Shown here piece by piece: positions 25,526-37,992 of a DNA stretch of 64,000 nt. Under the pieces are notes generated by a model. It was not told the DNA's origin and made no database searches. It was given only the letters and a program-made list of their open reading frames with translations. The position numbers and the translations under genes were made by a program. The first letter of the stretch is position 1, and each line of letters begins with the position of its first letter. This DNA comes from Eledone cirrhosa (lineage: Eukaryota), in contig OZ024754.1 of assembly GCA_964016885.1 (NCBI GenBank), forward strand, positions 46,252,001-46,316,000. Direction: 5' to 3'.

Positions 25526-26622
25526 AAGACTAAGGTTCTTGTAAGTAGACGAGAAAACAGAACCTAGATCCCCTCACGGAAATGGCTTTGCTCAGTATGT
25601 AGGAAAGGTGTAGGTAGGAACTCCATCCTCTGCCCCAAATGTAAACAATGGGTACACACAACAGATGTAGTGGGTAGTGGAATCTCAGGAAGTTTAACTA
25701 AGAATGCAGACTTCATATGTAGCAGCTGCGCTGGGACAGCAAGAAGCAAACGATCACAGGAAACAAGCACCACCAAACTCTGGGAGGGCTCTGTAAAAAC
25801 AGTAGACAGCTTCTGCTACCTAGGTGACTGAATTAGCAGCGGAGGTGGGTGTTCGGAAAGTACAATAGCTAGGGTAAGAACGGGACGGAAGAAGTTCAGG
25901 GCCTCAAAATGAAAGGCAGACTGTATGATGCGTGTATATGAACAGCAATGTTACATGGAATTGAAACCTGGGCGCTGTCTGTAGAGGACTTGCGCAGAAT
26001 AGAAAGAAACGAAGCTTGCATGCTCCGATGGATGTGTAATAGTAATATACGCGAACGGCAAAGTATAAACGAATTGAGAGATGAGCATAAGAGGAATCAA
26101 ATGCTGTGTGCAGGAGAGGAGGTTTCGTTGGTATGGACATGTGATGCGTATGAAGGATGACAACTGCATAAAATGATGCAGAGCACTAGAAATCGATGGA
26201 AGCCGCGGAGTGGGGAGACCCAAGAAGACCTGGGATGAGGTGATAAAGGCCGACCTTACCCAATTGCACCTCTCAAGTGCAATGACACACAACCGTGACC
26301 TCTGGCGTCATGCAGTAATGCAGAAGACCTGACCCCACCACAGGAACAAGCCGAAGCTGAAGCATATAGACAATATGCCACGGCAAAAAAGCACCCAGCC
26401 CACACTGTAAAGTGGACGTCTAGGCTCCACGGAAAAAAAGCACCCAGCACTCACTGTAAATGAGGTTGGTGTTAGGAAGGGCATCCATCTGTAGAAATCA
26501 ATCCAGAATCAGTTCCTGTATGAGCAAGACAAGGCCAGCCGACTGGACACTGCTCACAACAGGACAACCTGTCTAACCCATGCTAGCATGGAAGAACGGA
26601 CGTAAAACGGTGATGATGATGA
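25525..26622 (+). mobile_element. RTE-clade LINE 3' portion
   Basis: CSVCRKGVG, MLHGIETW, GVGRPKKTW, shared 3' UTR and (GAT)n tail. Confidence 0.85.
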
Positions 26623-27398
26623 TATATATACAACTAACTGTCTGTGTAAGGTGTGTGTATGTATATATATATATATATATATACATATATGTATGTATAT
26701 ATATGATATATATATATATATATATATTCATCAGGCTGATTTCTTTCGAATGAAAAAGTTCTAGTCCTGCAGGAGCCATTTCTATATCAAACTTGATTTT
26801 TACATCCCACTAATGTATTGAGTACCTTAATTACTGTGGTTACCCGTGATTGAACCCGAGACTGACCTATATATGTACATATATTTAGCTACAGCTAACT
26901 GGCTATACAAGGTCTGTGTATATAGATATATATATATATACTGGTTTCCACCTGTTGATAGTGGAGCAATAACATTGTTAGAACTCAATGTATCCTTGAA
27001 GAGATGGTTTCAGTGAGATTAGGCAGTGAGTCCTATAGGTTTAGTGGTAGGTGCTCTTTGCGTAAGGTTTCCTCAAAGAATCTGCTCAAGTTACAGAGCC
27101 ACATATATGTGTGTGTATTGAATAATGAAAATAAAACAAAGGTCACAGGGTAGATTGAACATGATAAGACAAAATATTGACTAGGAGGTAGTGGTTATGT
27201 TGCTACCTGTTTGTGAGGTGCAATAGATCAAGGATTTCGAGAAAGAGAGGTGTAACTAAGGATTGTTTTATCTCTGACTGCATCATTTTTTAAACCTGTA
27301 GTCCTGAACTGGAGGTTACGCTGTGATGCAACATGAAATGACTTTGTCACTGTCTGATGTTTCATATTTTATACATCTTAAACATTGATAATGTCAAA

Positions 27399-27434
<36 letters not shown>

Positions 27435-28379
27435 CTCTCTCTCTCTCTCTCTTCTCTCTCTTCTCTCTCTCTCTCAAGTAGAAATGTATGGCTATATAGC
27501 TCCAACTAACTGGCTATTCAAGGTGTGTATATATATATATATAAATTTCCACATGGTGATGTTGGGGCCGATAACAATGTCAAACATTTATCTCTCTCTC
27601 TCATACATACCAACTAGATAAAAGGCAGGTGTGTAACGTGCTAACCCCCCCCCCCCCCCTCATGTTATATTAAAGGCAACTACAACCAATCAGCTATAAT
27701 AAAAATAACGTGCTTTGATCATTATTAATGCAATATGTAAAATGAAATAACCAGAAATCAAGTTAGCTCCCTTGTCCTACTCCATAATCCCTATAATAGA
27801 TATACAGTTGTCTCCTGGTATTCTGGGGGGGGGGGGGGGGGGGGTAAATTTCCTAGAGCACCCACAAATATTGGACATGGTCCTTAAAAATCCCTTAAGC
27901 GTCGAAATACGACATAAAGTATAATAGGGGTAGGGGGGCGTCTTTTGGGAAGGGGTGTCCAATAGGCCAGCAAATACAGTATATTCTTATTAATTTAGCT
28001 ATAAAAATATATATATTGCCCCGAAAAAAGAGCCATTAAAAAATTGCAGAGATTATTTATTTTTTGCAGGGGGTTAAAGTTGAGAAAACAATCCCAATAC
28101 ACTCACTCCTGGTGTTTGCCCTGCTGTAGTGCAGATTCTACTCATATTTGCATTGGTACCCATTGGTGTAACCACAATGTTGCTCTAATCAGCAAACCAC
28201 TTCATCTGATATTAGAACCCACTGGTGTGGTGGTGGGAGGGGGGATTTGAACTTGGAACACAAAGAACTGGAGCAGATACAAGAAATATTTCTATTCAAT
28301 GTTCTAGTTATTCTACTAATTCAGTGTTTATCTTGGTTGCACTTTAGCAATGTGTGTAATGATTTATGTAAATGCACCT

Positions 28380-28525
28380 TTATATTTACTATTGTATTTT
28401 TGCTGTAAAGGCTTTATCTCAAACAATTATCTCACATAATATCGAATGTATGAGATTTTAATATTATTTATTTTGAGAATAACACCTTAACATTGATATG
28501 AGAGGCCAGCTTAAATGCTAAATGG
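28380..28525 (+). mobile_element. piggyBac-type MITE family A, truncated copy
   Basis: Family internal sequence plus right TIR. Confidence 0.65.
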
Positions 28526-28599
28526 TTAATATTGCATCATTTCAATCTAAAATGTACACATATATGGAAATGACTAAAAACTATAAGACATTTTTATGT

Positions 28600-29045
28600 T
28601 CGTTTATCCAATCTTGCATGGGTTGGATGAGTTTTCTCTAGCATTACTGCCTAAGTTTTTTCCCCATTTTCTGTTTCCTTCCACTTGGAGCTCGTGGCAC
28701 TTCTTCATCCATACATGTCACATGCCCATACCACAGCATTTTTTTCACATACACACTACATCTAAATTCCTCTTATACCCAGTTTCTCCTTCAACTCATC
28801 TGTGTTGTCTTGTTCATACACACTAACATTACACATCCAATGAAGCATGCTAGCCTCATTTCTTTCTATCCTTCACACATCTGTATTTAAAGCCCATGTC
28901 TCACTACCATTTAGCATCACACTTTGTACACAAACATCACACAGTATTCCCTTCTCTTGGTGAGGGAAACCCTTCTTTGCCAGCAGAGATAGTAGCTCCC
29001 GGAAATTTTTCTACCCTTATTCTGGCTACTGTCTTTTCAAAGCAC
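28600..29045 (-). mobile_element. Old RTE 3' fragment
   Basis: Minus strand resembles the LNGSETW / ASMLHWM region of the other copies. Confidence 0.6.
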
Positions 29046-29727
29046 CTATATTAGAAATCAGTATTTCAAATTGCATACTAAATATACTTAATTATACATA
29101 AATATTATATAATACCAAGTATTAGCCGTTTGATAGGTTTGTGGTAGAGTCTGTATCAGTGGATGATATTGGCATTCTAGACTTCCGGACCACATCCCTA
29201 TTCACTGCTATCAGAGCAGAGTTGACAACCTGTAGGTGCAACAAGCCCTGCAAGGTTGAGTGGCTGTACCAGCACATCTCACTTACCATACTCTGGAGCA
29301 ATGTATTCTCCATCCTATTGGCCGAGATCAAGAAGTAGAGGATACTTGTTAGGGCATCATTTTCTCAATAACTAATATATCACAACTATATTAGGAGAAT
29401 GAAAGAAGGTTGAGAGATTAGTAAAAATAACCCACACCAGAATGTAATTTCTAATGATATAATCCTTTACTTCTTTTGTATTCTGTACATGTAGTAATAT
29501 TATGGTGAATTGGTAGAGCGTCGGTCAACATGCTTTACAATCTGAGTTCAAATCCTGTTGAGGTTAGCTTTGCCTTCCATCCTTACGCGGTCGATAGACT
29601 AATGTACCAGCAATACACTCGGGTCGATTTAATCTAATTTCCCCTTACCAACAATTGTTGGCTTTGTGCCTAAATCAGAAACTAATATTATATAATAATA
29701 ATAATCATTTTTTTATTTATTTTTCAG

Positions 29728-29747
29728 AGTTTTTCCGTCTGATGTGA
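29728..29747 (+). CDS. Calmodulin-like gene, terminal coding exon (EFFRLM*)
   Basis: TTTTTCAG acceptor. Exon-4 G + AG restores Glu12 of EF-hand 4, then FFRLM-stop matches calmodulin EFVQMM. Total CDS is 441 nt (146 aa). Confidence 0.85.
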
Positions 29748-30139
29748 TCAAAAAATCTCCAAGACTGTGCCATGCCACTTCCATCATTAAATGGGAACTG
29801 CTGATCCTTTTTTTTTTTTTTTATGCTCAAAGACTTTATTTATTGTATGTATTTATTTATTTATTGAATTGACTTTTTGTCCGACAACTGTCATAAAGAT
29901 GAAGCCATACACCTCCCTAAGAACAAACATTGCAATAATAAGGAAACCGTTATCACTATTTCATCGAGGCAGAACAAAAGACCATGTAACCATATTCTCG
30001 TTCCACTCTCAACCAAAAATGGCTGCCCATATTGTATGTTTATTGTTGTAAGTGTAATACACACACATCTTCAAGTAATGCACTAAATATAAACTTGATG
30101 ATATGAATATTGTTGTTATTGTTATTATTGTTGTTGCTG

Positions 30140-30360
30140 TTGATCCTGGCTTATGTTACACATCACATAGCTACATTTTTATCTTATGTCTTAAATATGC
30201 CATGCATCACATCACATGTTTTGATCCTGTCTTAATTATGCTACAAATCACATCACCACATGTTTTGATCCTGTCTTAATTATGCCACACATCACATCAC
30301 ATGTTTTGATCCTAGGTCTACAGTTGCCATACATCACCACATGTTTTGATCCTGTATCTT
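30140..30360. repeat. About 40-bp minisatellite in the probable 3' UTR
   Basis: CATCACATGTTTTGATCCTGTCTTAATTATGC repeated about 5 times. Confidence 0.8.
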
Positions 30361-31267
30361 CTACAGTTTTCTTCTATCCAAGTGTAATGTTCACTCTCAA
30401 CACACAACACTTCACCAACCACAGATCAACTATTCACATTACTTACCATATACCTAAATATGTCCACTTATGCCTTTAATATTCAGTCTTCTGGTTTTAT
30501 TGTACAATACCGAGTCGTGCAAGTTGACATTACAAAGGCTTTCTTTTCAGAGTCTGCCAACATATGAAACTCTACAACTGTCTCTTAACCCTTTTGATAC
30601 CAATTCACCTGGAAACCCCTATGGTTTTACTATAGAACTTTTGTTAATTAATTTTCCAGCCACCAACCTGCTGATCAAAAAAATTTGAAAAATTTTAGTC
30701 CCTCTATGGCTCATAACAGGACCCAGTAACATGGCTCCATTATGAGTATGGCTTGGCGCAGGCAACTGACCTGACCTCCCTCATAATGGGATTACCCAGC
30801 TCCCAAATTATGGTTTCAGTGTGAGCTGGTTAAGGCACAGCCAACTAGCCAGACCCTCCTCATAACAGTTCTATCGAGTTTCACACTCTAAACATGGTTG
30901 GCGTTAGGACGGGCATCCAGCTGTAAAAATCCCATCCAAAATACAATTCCATCTGAGCAAAGTATGGCACGTTCAGCTGACCAGACTTTTCTCATGATGT
31001 GGGCAACCCATCTAACCCATACAAGCATTATAAATTGGATGTTAAATGGTCATGGAAAAGATGACAGTTGTGGCAGACATTGGAGATTTACACAAATAAA
31101 GAAATTGACAGTCATTGAAAGAGACAGAGTAATGTTTGTGTGTTTATATAAGATATTTTGTTGGTGGGCACTTGAATTTAATTATATAAGTATCAGTTTA
31201 CATTGTTGACTCACCAAAGTTATTTATATACGTGTGTGTGTGTGTATATATATAATATATAAATATA

Positions 31268-32625
31268 TGACGGTAGCCACGGAGTAGGCAGACCCAGAAA
31301 AACATGGGACGACTTGATAAATTCCGACCTCACACACTTACACCTCTCCAAGACAATGTCACTGGACCGAGATCTTTGGCGCTACACAGTAATAGAGAAG
31401 ACACGCCTTACCTAAATACAAAGTAAAACCTACTACAGTCAGTAGGCACCTCTAACAAAATTCACCCACACCACTCCTTTCAATGTAAAGTTATGTTGGT
31501 ACCACAACATCCAGGCCGAAACAAATGAGGTCGTGTAGGTGTCATGACAAAAAAAAACACAGTCCACGCTGTAATGTGGCCGTCTAGGCAACACGGTAAA
31601 AACCTCCCAGTTCCACACTGTAAATGTGGTTGGTGTTAGGAAGGGCATCCAGCCGTAGAAAACCCGCCAGACAGTCCTATGCGAGCAAGACAACCACTGT
31701 TGCATCAAGTGGGAAAACTCCCGTCCAAACCCATGCAAGCGTGGAATATGGACGTTAAACGATGATGATGATGATGATAGCATGGCCAAGAATCAAAAGG
31801 CCTTAAAGTTAACTTGGGAAATGGCCATGCTCAGTGTGTAGGAAAGGAGTAGGTAGAAATTCCATTTTATGTCCCAAATGCAAACTATGGGTACATAAAA
31901 GATGTAATGGGATCACAGGTAAACTATCTAAGAACAGATTTTATATGTGGTCGATGCTCAGGTGCAATAAGTAGCAAGTGCCCACAGGATACTAGCTCTT
32001 TCAATTGCCCAGATGGTTCTATAGAAATAATGAACACTTTCCGTTACCTGGGTCACAAAATCAGCAGTGGTGGAGGGTGATCTGAAAGTACAGTAGCCAG
32101 AGTCAGAACGGGATGGAAAGAGTTCAGAGAGCTTATACGGCTGTTGGCCACAAAAGGTTTCTCTCTAAAAATGAAAGGCAGATTGAATGATGGCTGCATA
32201 CAAACAGCAATGCTACATGGCAGTGAGACATGGGCATTACGTGCAGACTGGAAAGGAACAAAGCATGCATGTTCCGTTGGATATGTAATAGTAATATACG
32301 TGAACGGTAAAACATAAATGAACTAAGTTAGAAATTAGGAATAAGAGGGATCAGATGCTGTTTACTTGAGAGAAGACTAGTGATATGGTTACGTGATGCA
32401 CATGAAAGGCGACAGCTGTACAAAAAAGTGCAGGGTAATCAAAATTGATGGAAGTTACGGAGTAGGTAGACCCAGAGAGACCTGGGACAATGTGGTAAAT
32501 TCCAACCTTACACATTTGCACCTCTTTAACACAATGTCACTTGACCAAGATCTTTGGTGCCATACAGTAATACAGAAGACCCGCCTTGCCTATGTACAAA
32601 GCAAAACCAACAGTCAGTAGGCATC
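31268..32625 (+). mobile_element. Two adjacent RTE 3' fragments
   Basis: 31268-31778 is the 3' end with UTR and (GAT)n tail. 31780-32625 is the C-terminal coding remnant, highly similar to 22140-22940. Confidence 0.85.
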
Positions 32626-32668
32626 CCCAGCCACATTAAAACGTACTGGGTGTGTTTATTGTGTAGAT

Positions 32669-32814
32669 CAAGCATATCAAGTCAGGGTGCCCCGAGGGTC
32701 ACATATGTGTTGTCTGAGGGCCGCATATTACAACTAATTTTTCTTTATATTACGAAGATAAAACATGCTCATGCTGTAAAAACCTTTGTGGGGGCCGCAT
32801 GTTTGACATGCCTG
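32669..32814. mobile_element. hAT-type MITE
   Basis: TIR CAAGCATATCAA / TTGACATGCCTG with perfect 8-bp TSD GTGTAGAT. Confidence 0.75.
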
Positions 32815-34039
32815 GTGTAGATCGCAAACACTAAAGAGTTTGCAATGTCCTTGATACTACATAGGGGTCCCCTCAACATATATATATACTATACATATAT
32901 ATGTATACACTATTGGAAAGACAGCAGCACACGTGAGGTGGGGTGGGTGTTGCAATGGTCGCATTCCTGCTCTTCATTAAGATATCTCTCTAGAAGGTCA
33001 CTCTGATATAAAGCTTGTGACTTCGTTTGCACCCAATGATGTCGGCCAATTCTACATTATGGTTAAATACATTCGATATTCACCGAGTGAGATTTGACCC
33101 GTGCTAAACCTTTCATCACTTAAAAAAAGCTTCAATCACAGGCATCGCTTGATATGTGACGTTTTTTGCGATGCATGGAATTCCTGGCCATAGGCAAGTC
33201 TATTGTAGGACTAAAACGCGATGTCCGTGATGTTTATGCTTAAGTATCAAGCGATGGCATTACCCGAACTCGAGCTGCAGCCATCAGCATGTATGTATTC
33301 AAGCATACACATATATAAACACACGTAGACACACACACACACATGTCAACAACTCAGCGATGGATATTTGTCATTCTGAGTTATCGTTCTTGATTGTCAA
33401 ATAGTTGAACATTTGGCGGCATTGGAAGCACATGTACAGAAGAATTTAAAGACATTTACTGAAAGGCCGAGGACTAAAATTAATTGTAATTAATATATGG
33501 GAAATTCACATCTCTCCAAACATCTTTATACATTACATATCAAAAATATTCGATGCTATTCCAACATATTTTGTATTTAGTGGTAAGTTGTGTTTTTCTA
33601 TACCCACAAAGATATATGTTTTCGTTAAAGTGTTACACTATATATATATATATATATACCGAGATATTTCTATAGTAAAAATACCAGAAGTGAAAAAATA
33701 TATATATATTCATTTCTGGTATTTTTACTATAGAAATATCTCGGTACATATGAGTGTCAGCCGTAAAGTTCATAATTGTTTCTACTTTTGGCTCAAGGCC
33801 AGCAATACACCAGTGTATTACTGGTACTTTATTTTTTCGACCCTGTAAATATTATACACACAAACCAATCGTCTTTGTTACATTCATACAACCCAGTATT
33901 TTGCTATAATTGTTTTTGATGTCTAAAAAAATTATCAGAGGAATGCTACCACTTAATATAAAAATTTACCGGAGAGAGATTAGCAAAAATTGATAAGCAG
34001 TTGGGTTGGAAAAGATCTGAAAAATTAATAAGCATGGGG

Positions 34040-34250
34040 GCTGGGTACGATTATTTGAGACCGAAGAGTAATCACTATCTCAGCTGTACTTCGCAGAAAA
34101 AACATGGCGAAGGAATTGCTGCAGAAAACAACCAGCAACACCGGTTACACTATCCACTCATCTCCATTATCATGCATTTTATGAAGAAAAACTACAGTCC
34201 GGGATAATCGAGAATACCAGCGGTCACGGCAGTGACCGGCTCGGTAAGGA
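34040..34250 (+). promoter_or_regulatory. Candidate promoter / first exon upstream of the zinc-finger ORF
   Basis: Locally CpG-richer non-repetitive patch with AAAACATGGCG (YY1/initiator-like) and a donor-like CG|GTAAGG near 34243. Confidence 0.3.
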
Positions 34251-34518
34251 AACGGTTAGTGAAGTCCTGGTAATTCGCTGTATTCCTCACTATAGGTGAC
34301 ACTACCCAAGTTTTCTGGATTTCTGGCTAGGATCTCTGCGTTGCACCTCTTGAGTGTAAATTAAAACAGAAATCAAAATGCTGCTTTGCTTATCAAACAA
34401 TTTGATCACCTCCTAAAATACTTTATCGAACATTTTTCAAAATCGAAACACTATCTTATGAGACATGAACACAGACAGGTGCTACCCAACGTATATATAT
34501 ATATGCATCTATATATAC

Positions 34519-34756
34519 CAGGCATGAGCAACCCTTTTCGAGAAGCGGGCCGTATGAGATATGGCTCACCATCAGGCTGGCAACAAGCGCTAATTTAGAT
34601 TCGTGCCCACATTTAAAAAAAAAAAGGGCGGTAACTCTGGTTGTTTTCCTCGATCGTAAAAATAATAGAAAGATAAATTACAACTGAAAAGTTTGAGTAA
34701 AAAAAAATCTGAAATATTTCACTAAAGCTTGGCGGGCCGCAGCTTGCCCATGCCTG
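34519..34756. mobile_element. hAT-type MITE
   Basis: TIR CAGGCATGAGCAA / TTGCCCATGCCTG with 8-bp TSD ATATATAC. Confidence 0.8.
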
Positions 34757-35621
34757 ATATATACATACATACGTGTGTATATGTAAATATATGTCTGTGT
34801 ATGAATGTCATAGTTAGGTGTGTAACTACAGTTACACGCCGTTCGAAGGACTCAAGGCTGTTACGGGGTTCGTCTCGTCTGGGATGTATTCCAGAGTTAC
34901 AGCTGTAATTTGCAGAGTGCCGATTGAAAAGAATGGAAGTCAGTGTTGCAGCATAAGTACAAACTGTATTGGCATATTACAATTGTTTTGATGTCGATCA
35001 GGTTAGAGTACAATCAAGATGACGGGACACGACCCTTTATTTTACATCTCGTCAGATATATGAATTTATATGTGCAAAAGCACATTTAAACTGTTAATAG
35101 AGGTCTCGATATCTATTTACACTTATTAATGGGTTTGTAGGGGGCCGAGGGAGTAACAGTATGTTTACATTTAAAGGTTGAAGGATAAACAATGATAATA
35201 ATTATATATATATACACCTTCTACTGAGGTATATAAATCTTATTTAATTCCTTCCATCAGAAAACGAATGATATCCTTTCAGATGATATATGGTGTAAAG
35301 AATAACATTTAAGAATTTTGTTTTCTCAATCATGTATTTCTGGTATATATATATGTGTGTGTGTGCATCATTTCACGTGTCTCCAATAAGTACAGCTGAA
35401 AAAGACGAGTAGCAGCATTAGTTGGAGTTTAAGGAAAAATGGATTGAAGGTGTGAATTGATGTAACGGAAGGTGTTACTAAATTATTAAATTATGTAGGG
35501 GACTTTTAAGTCATGTCACCGGTAACATAGACTACATGGCATCTATTAACGATATCTACATTTTTTAATGTATGAGTAAAAGTGGTGAGAAGTCTTTATG
35601 TAAAGATCACTAGCTAGAAAT

Positions 35622-36128
35622 ATGTCTGAATATAGCTGTGAGATTTGCAGGAAAACTTTCTCTTCAAAACTGAAACTATCTTCACACGAGAAAATACACA
35701 TTGGAGAAAAAGCCTACTACTGTGAAATATGTGGTAAATCTTTCACTAAAAATCTTCATCTTGTTGTGCACATACGGAGTCACACTGAGGAAAAACCCTT
35801 CCATTATGAAATATGTGGGAAGTCTTTTGTCTTGAGCTGTGACTTGAACAGATATATAAGAACACAAACTGCAGGAAAACCTTTTTCATGTGAAATATGT
35901 GGGAAATCTTTTTCTTGTAATTCTACTCTTGTAGTTCACAAAAGAGTACACACTGGTGAAAAACCCTTCCATTGTGAAATATGTGGGAGATCATTTTCTC
36001 AAAAGGTTCATCTTGTAGAACACAAAAGAATACACACAGGAGAAAAACCTTATTCATGTGAAATATGTCGGAAATCTTTCACTCGGAATTATTCAGTGGT
36101 TGATTACAAACATTGTCAACACTTGTGA
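35622..36128 (+). CDS. Tandem C2H2 zinc-finger protein (4 intact + 2 degenerate fingers; possibly a pseudogene)
   Basis: Repeated CEICGKSF-x6-H-x3-H units with HTGEKP-type linkers. Finger 3 (YEIC..Y..Q) and finger 6 have lost zinc ligands. Confidence 0.75.
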   Translation: MSEYSCEICRKTFSSKLKLSSHEKIHIGEKAYYCEICGKSFTKNLHLVVHIRSHTEEKPFHYEICGKSFVLSCDLNRYIRTQTAGKPFSCEICGKSFSCNSTLVVHKRVHTGEKPFHCEICGRSFSQKVHLVEHKRIHTGEKPYSCEICRKSFTRNYSVVDYKHCQHL

Positions 36129-36424
36129 TAAACCCCATCACTGATAAATGCGAAACACTAATATACAGACACACTCTGAAAGGAAGAATATAAAATGTGA
36201 AGCTTGAGAAATCCTTCTCTTATACGTCTCAACATATTTATATATGTATGTGTGTTTATATATATATATATATATATATATACTCCTGTATCAAATGGAA
36301 GAAGTATATTGCCATATATCGAAGATTACCACAGAGCGGAGGACAAGATATGCTGGATATTACTACCGATGAATGGATGACCTGATGAGCTGGCTCCTGT
36401 GGTGGATACCTAAACATAGTAAGA

Positions 36425-37992
36425 CCCTACCGCCCAACTAACCGACAGTGACAACATAATTGTTGGCGACCTAAATGGTCATGTTGGACAACATTGTGAT
36501 AGCTATGATGGAATCCATGGTGGCTACAGGTTTGGTACCAGAAATGAAGAAGGCTTTAGAATCCTGGAATTCTGTAACTCTAATAACCTAACTATCTGTA
36601 ACACAAACTTTAAAAAACCAGACAATCACTTGATCACCTATAGATCAGGGGAACATGCCAGTCAGATAGATTATATCCTTACCAGAAGATGTGAAAAAGT
36701 GTCTGTTGTAAACACTATTTCCCTCCCCCGTGAAGAATGCACCTCCCAACATAGCTCATAGTTAGTGACCTCATAGTCAGGACGAGACGTATTCGACAAC
36801 AGAGGAGGACTACCCTGAGAAGAAGAATATGAAAGTTAAAGGACCCCACAGCCAGTAACAAATTTAAAAGCAAATTACTTGATGCTTTTGACAGTAAAGA
36901 AGAGCAATTAGAGACATACAGTATAGAGGAACAGTGGGAATTCCTGAAAGTTAACTTGCTGAAGGCGACAGATGAAATCTGTAGCTGGAGCAGACCTATA
37001 GGCAGGAGGAGAGTAACTTGGTGGTGGAACAGTAAGGTGGAGGAGTCAATCAAGGCCAAAAAGAGAGCTTGGAAAGTATGGCGGGATGGGGGAAGCAGAG
37101 AAGACTATCAAGTGGCCAGGAGGGAAGCTAGGAGACAAGTGTACTTTGCAAGAAGGGAAGCAGAAGAAATAAAGTTCAAGCATGTTCTACAACGCGAGGA
37201 CCAAAAACGTGAGGTGTTCAGGATTGCTAGGCAATGTGTCAAGGAAAACCGTGATATTGTCGGGGAGAAGTGTGCTCGTAATGATGATGGTATACTTGTC
37301 ATCACTGATACAGATAAAAAGGTAGCTTGGAAGTGTCACTACGAGAGGCTACTAAATGAGGAGAATAAGTGGGAAAAAGATAGTCTGCCCCAAAACAATC
37401 CAATAGAGGAACCAGCAGTGCAAGTTGAAGGTTGTATAATAAGTAAGGCAATCAAAGATATGGAGACAGGCAAAGCAGCTGGGCCTTCAGAGATAGTTGC
37501 TGAAATGTTGAAAGCATCTGGATCGGTGGGACATTCTATGGTCACCCGGATAGTAAACCATGTCATACAGAATGGGGTTATACCAAATGACTGGCATAAT
37601 AGCATCATCATCATTAACTGCTACAAGGGTAAAGGAGATGCCCTATATAGGGGAAACTATAGAGGCATTAAATTAATTGACCAGGTCATGAAGGTCACAG
37701 AAAGAGTTATAGCGCAATTAATAAGAGAGCGAATTGATCTAGACAAAATGCCGTTTGGGTTTGTGTCAAGTAAAAGTACCACAGACGCTCTTTTCCTTGT
37801 ACGACAACTACAGGAGAAGTACCTAGCTAAAAGTAAACCCCGATACTTAGCTTTTGTTGACTTGGAGAAAGCCTTTGACAGAGTCCCCCGCTCCATTATC
37901 TGGTGGACTCTTAGAAAACTAGGTGTTGATGAATTGCTTGTCATACAAACCATGTATGAAGAAAAAGTCAGCAAGGTTAGAATTAACAACGA
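36425..37992 (+). mobile_element. RTE-clade LINE fragment (end of APE domain and N-terminal RT)
   Basis: GDLNGHVG, QIDYIL, NYRGIKL, AFVDLEKAFDRV; includes the 366-aa ORF 36956-38056. Confidence 0.9.

Noticed and set aside
34285-34304. CTCACTATAGG overlapping TAGGTGACACTA, resembling T7 and SP6 promoter cores
   Set aside because: Only 11-12 nt partial matches with no flanking vector sequence; most likely chance.
36382-36420. CTGATGAG hammerhead-like core
   Set aside because: No downstream GAAA or compatible stems.
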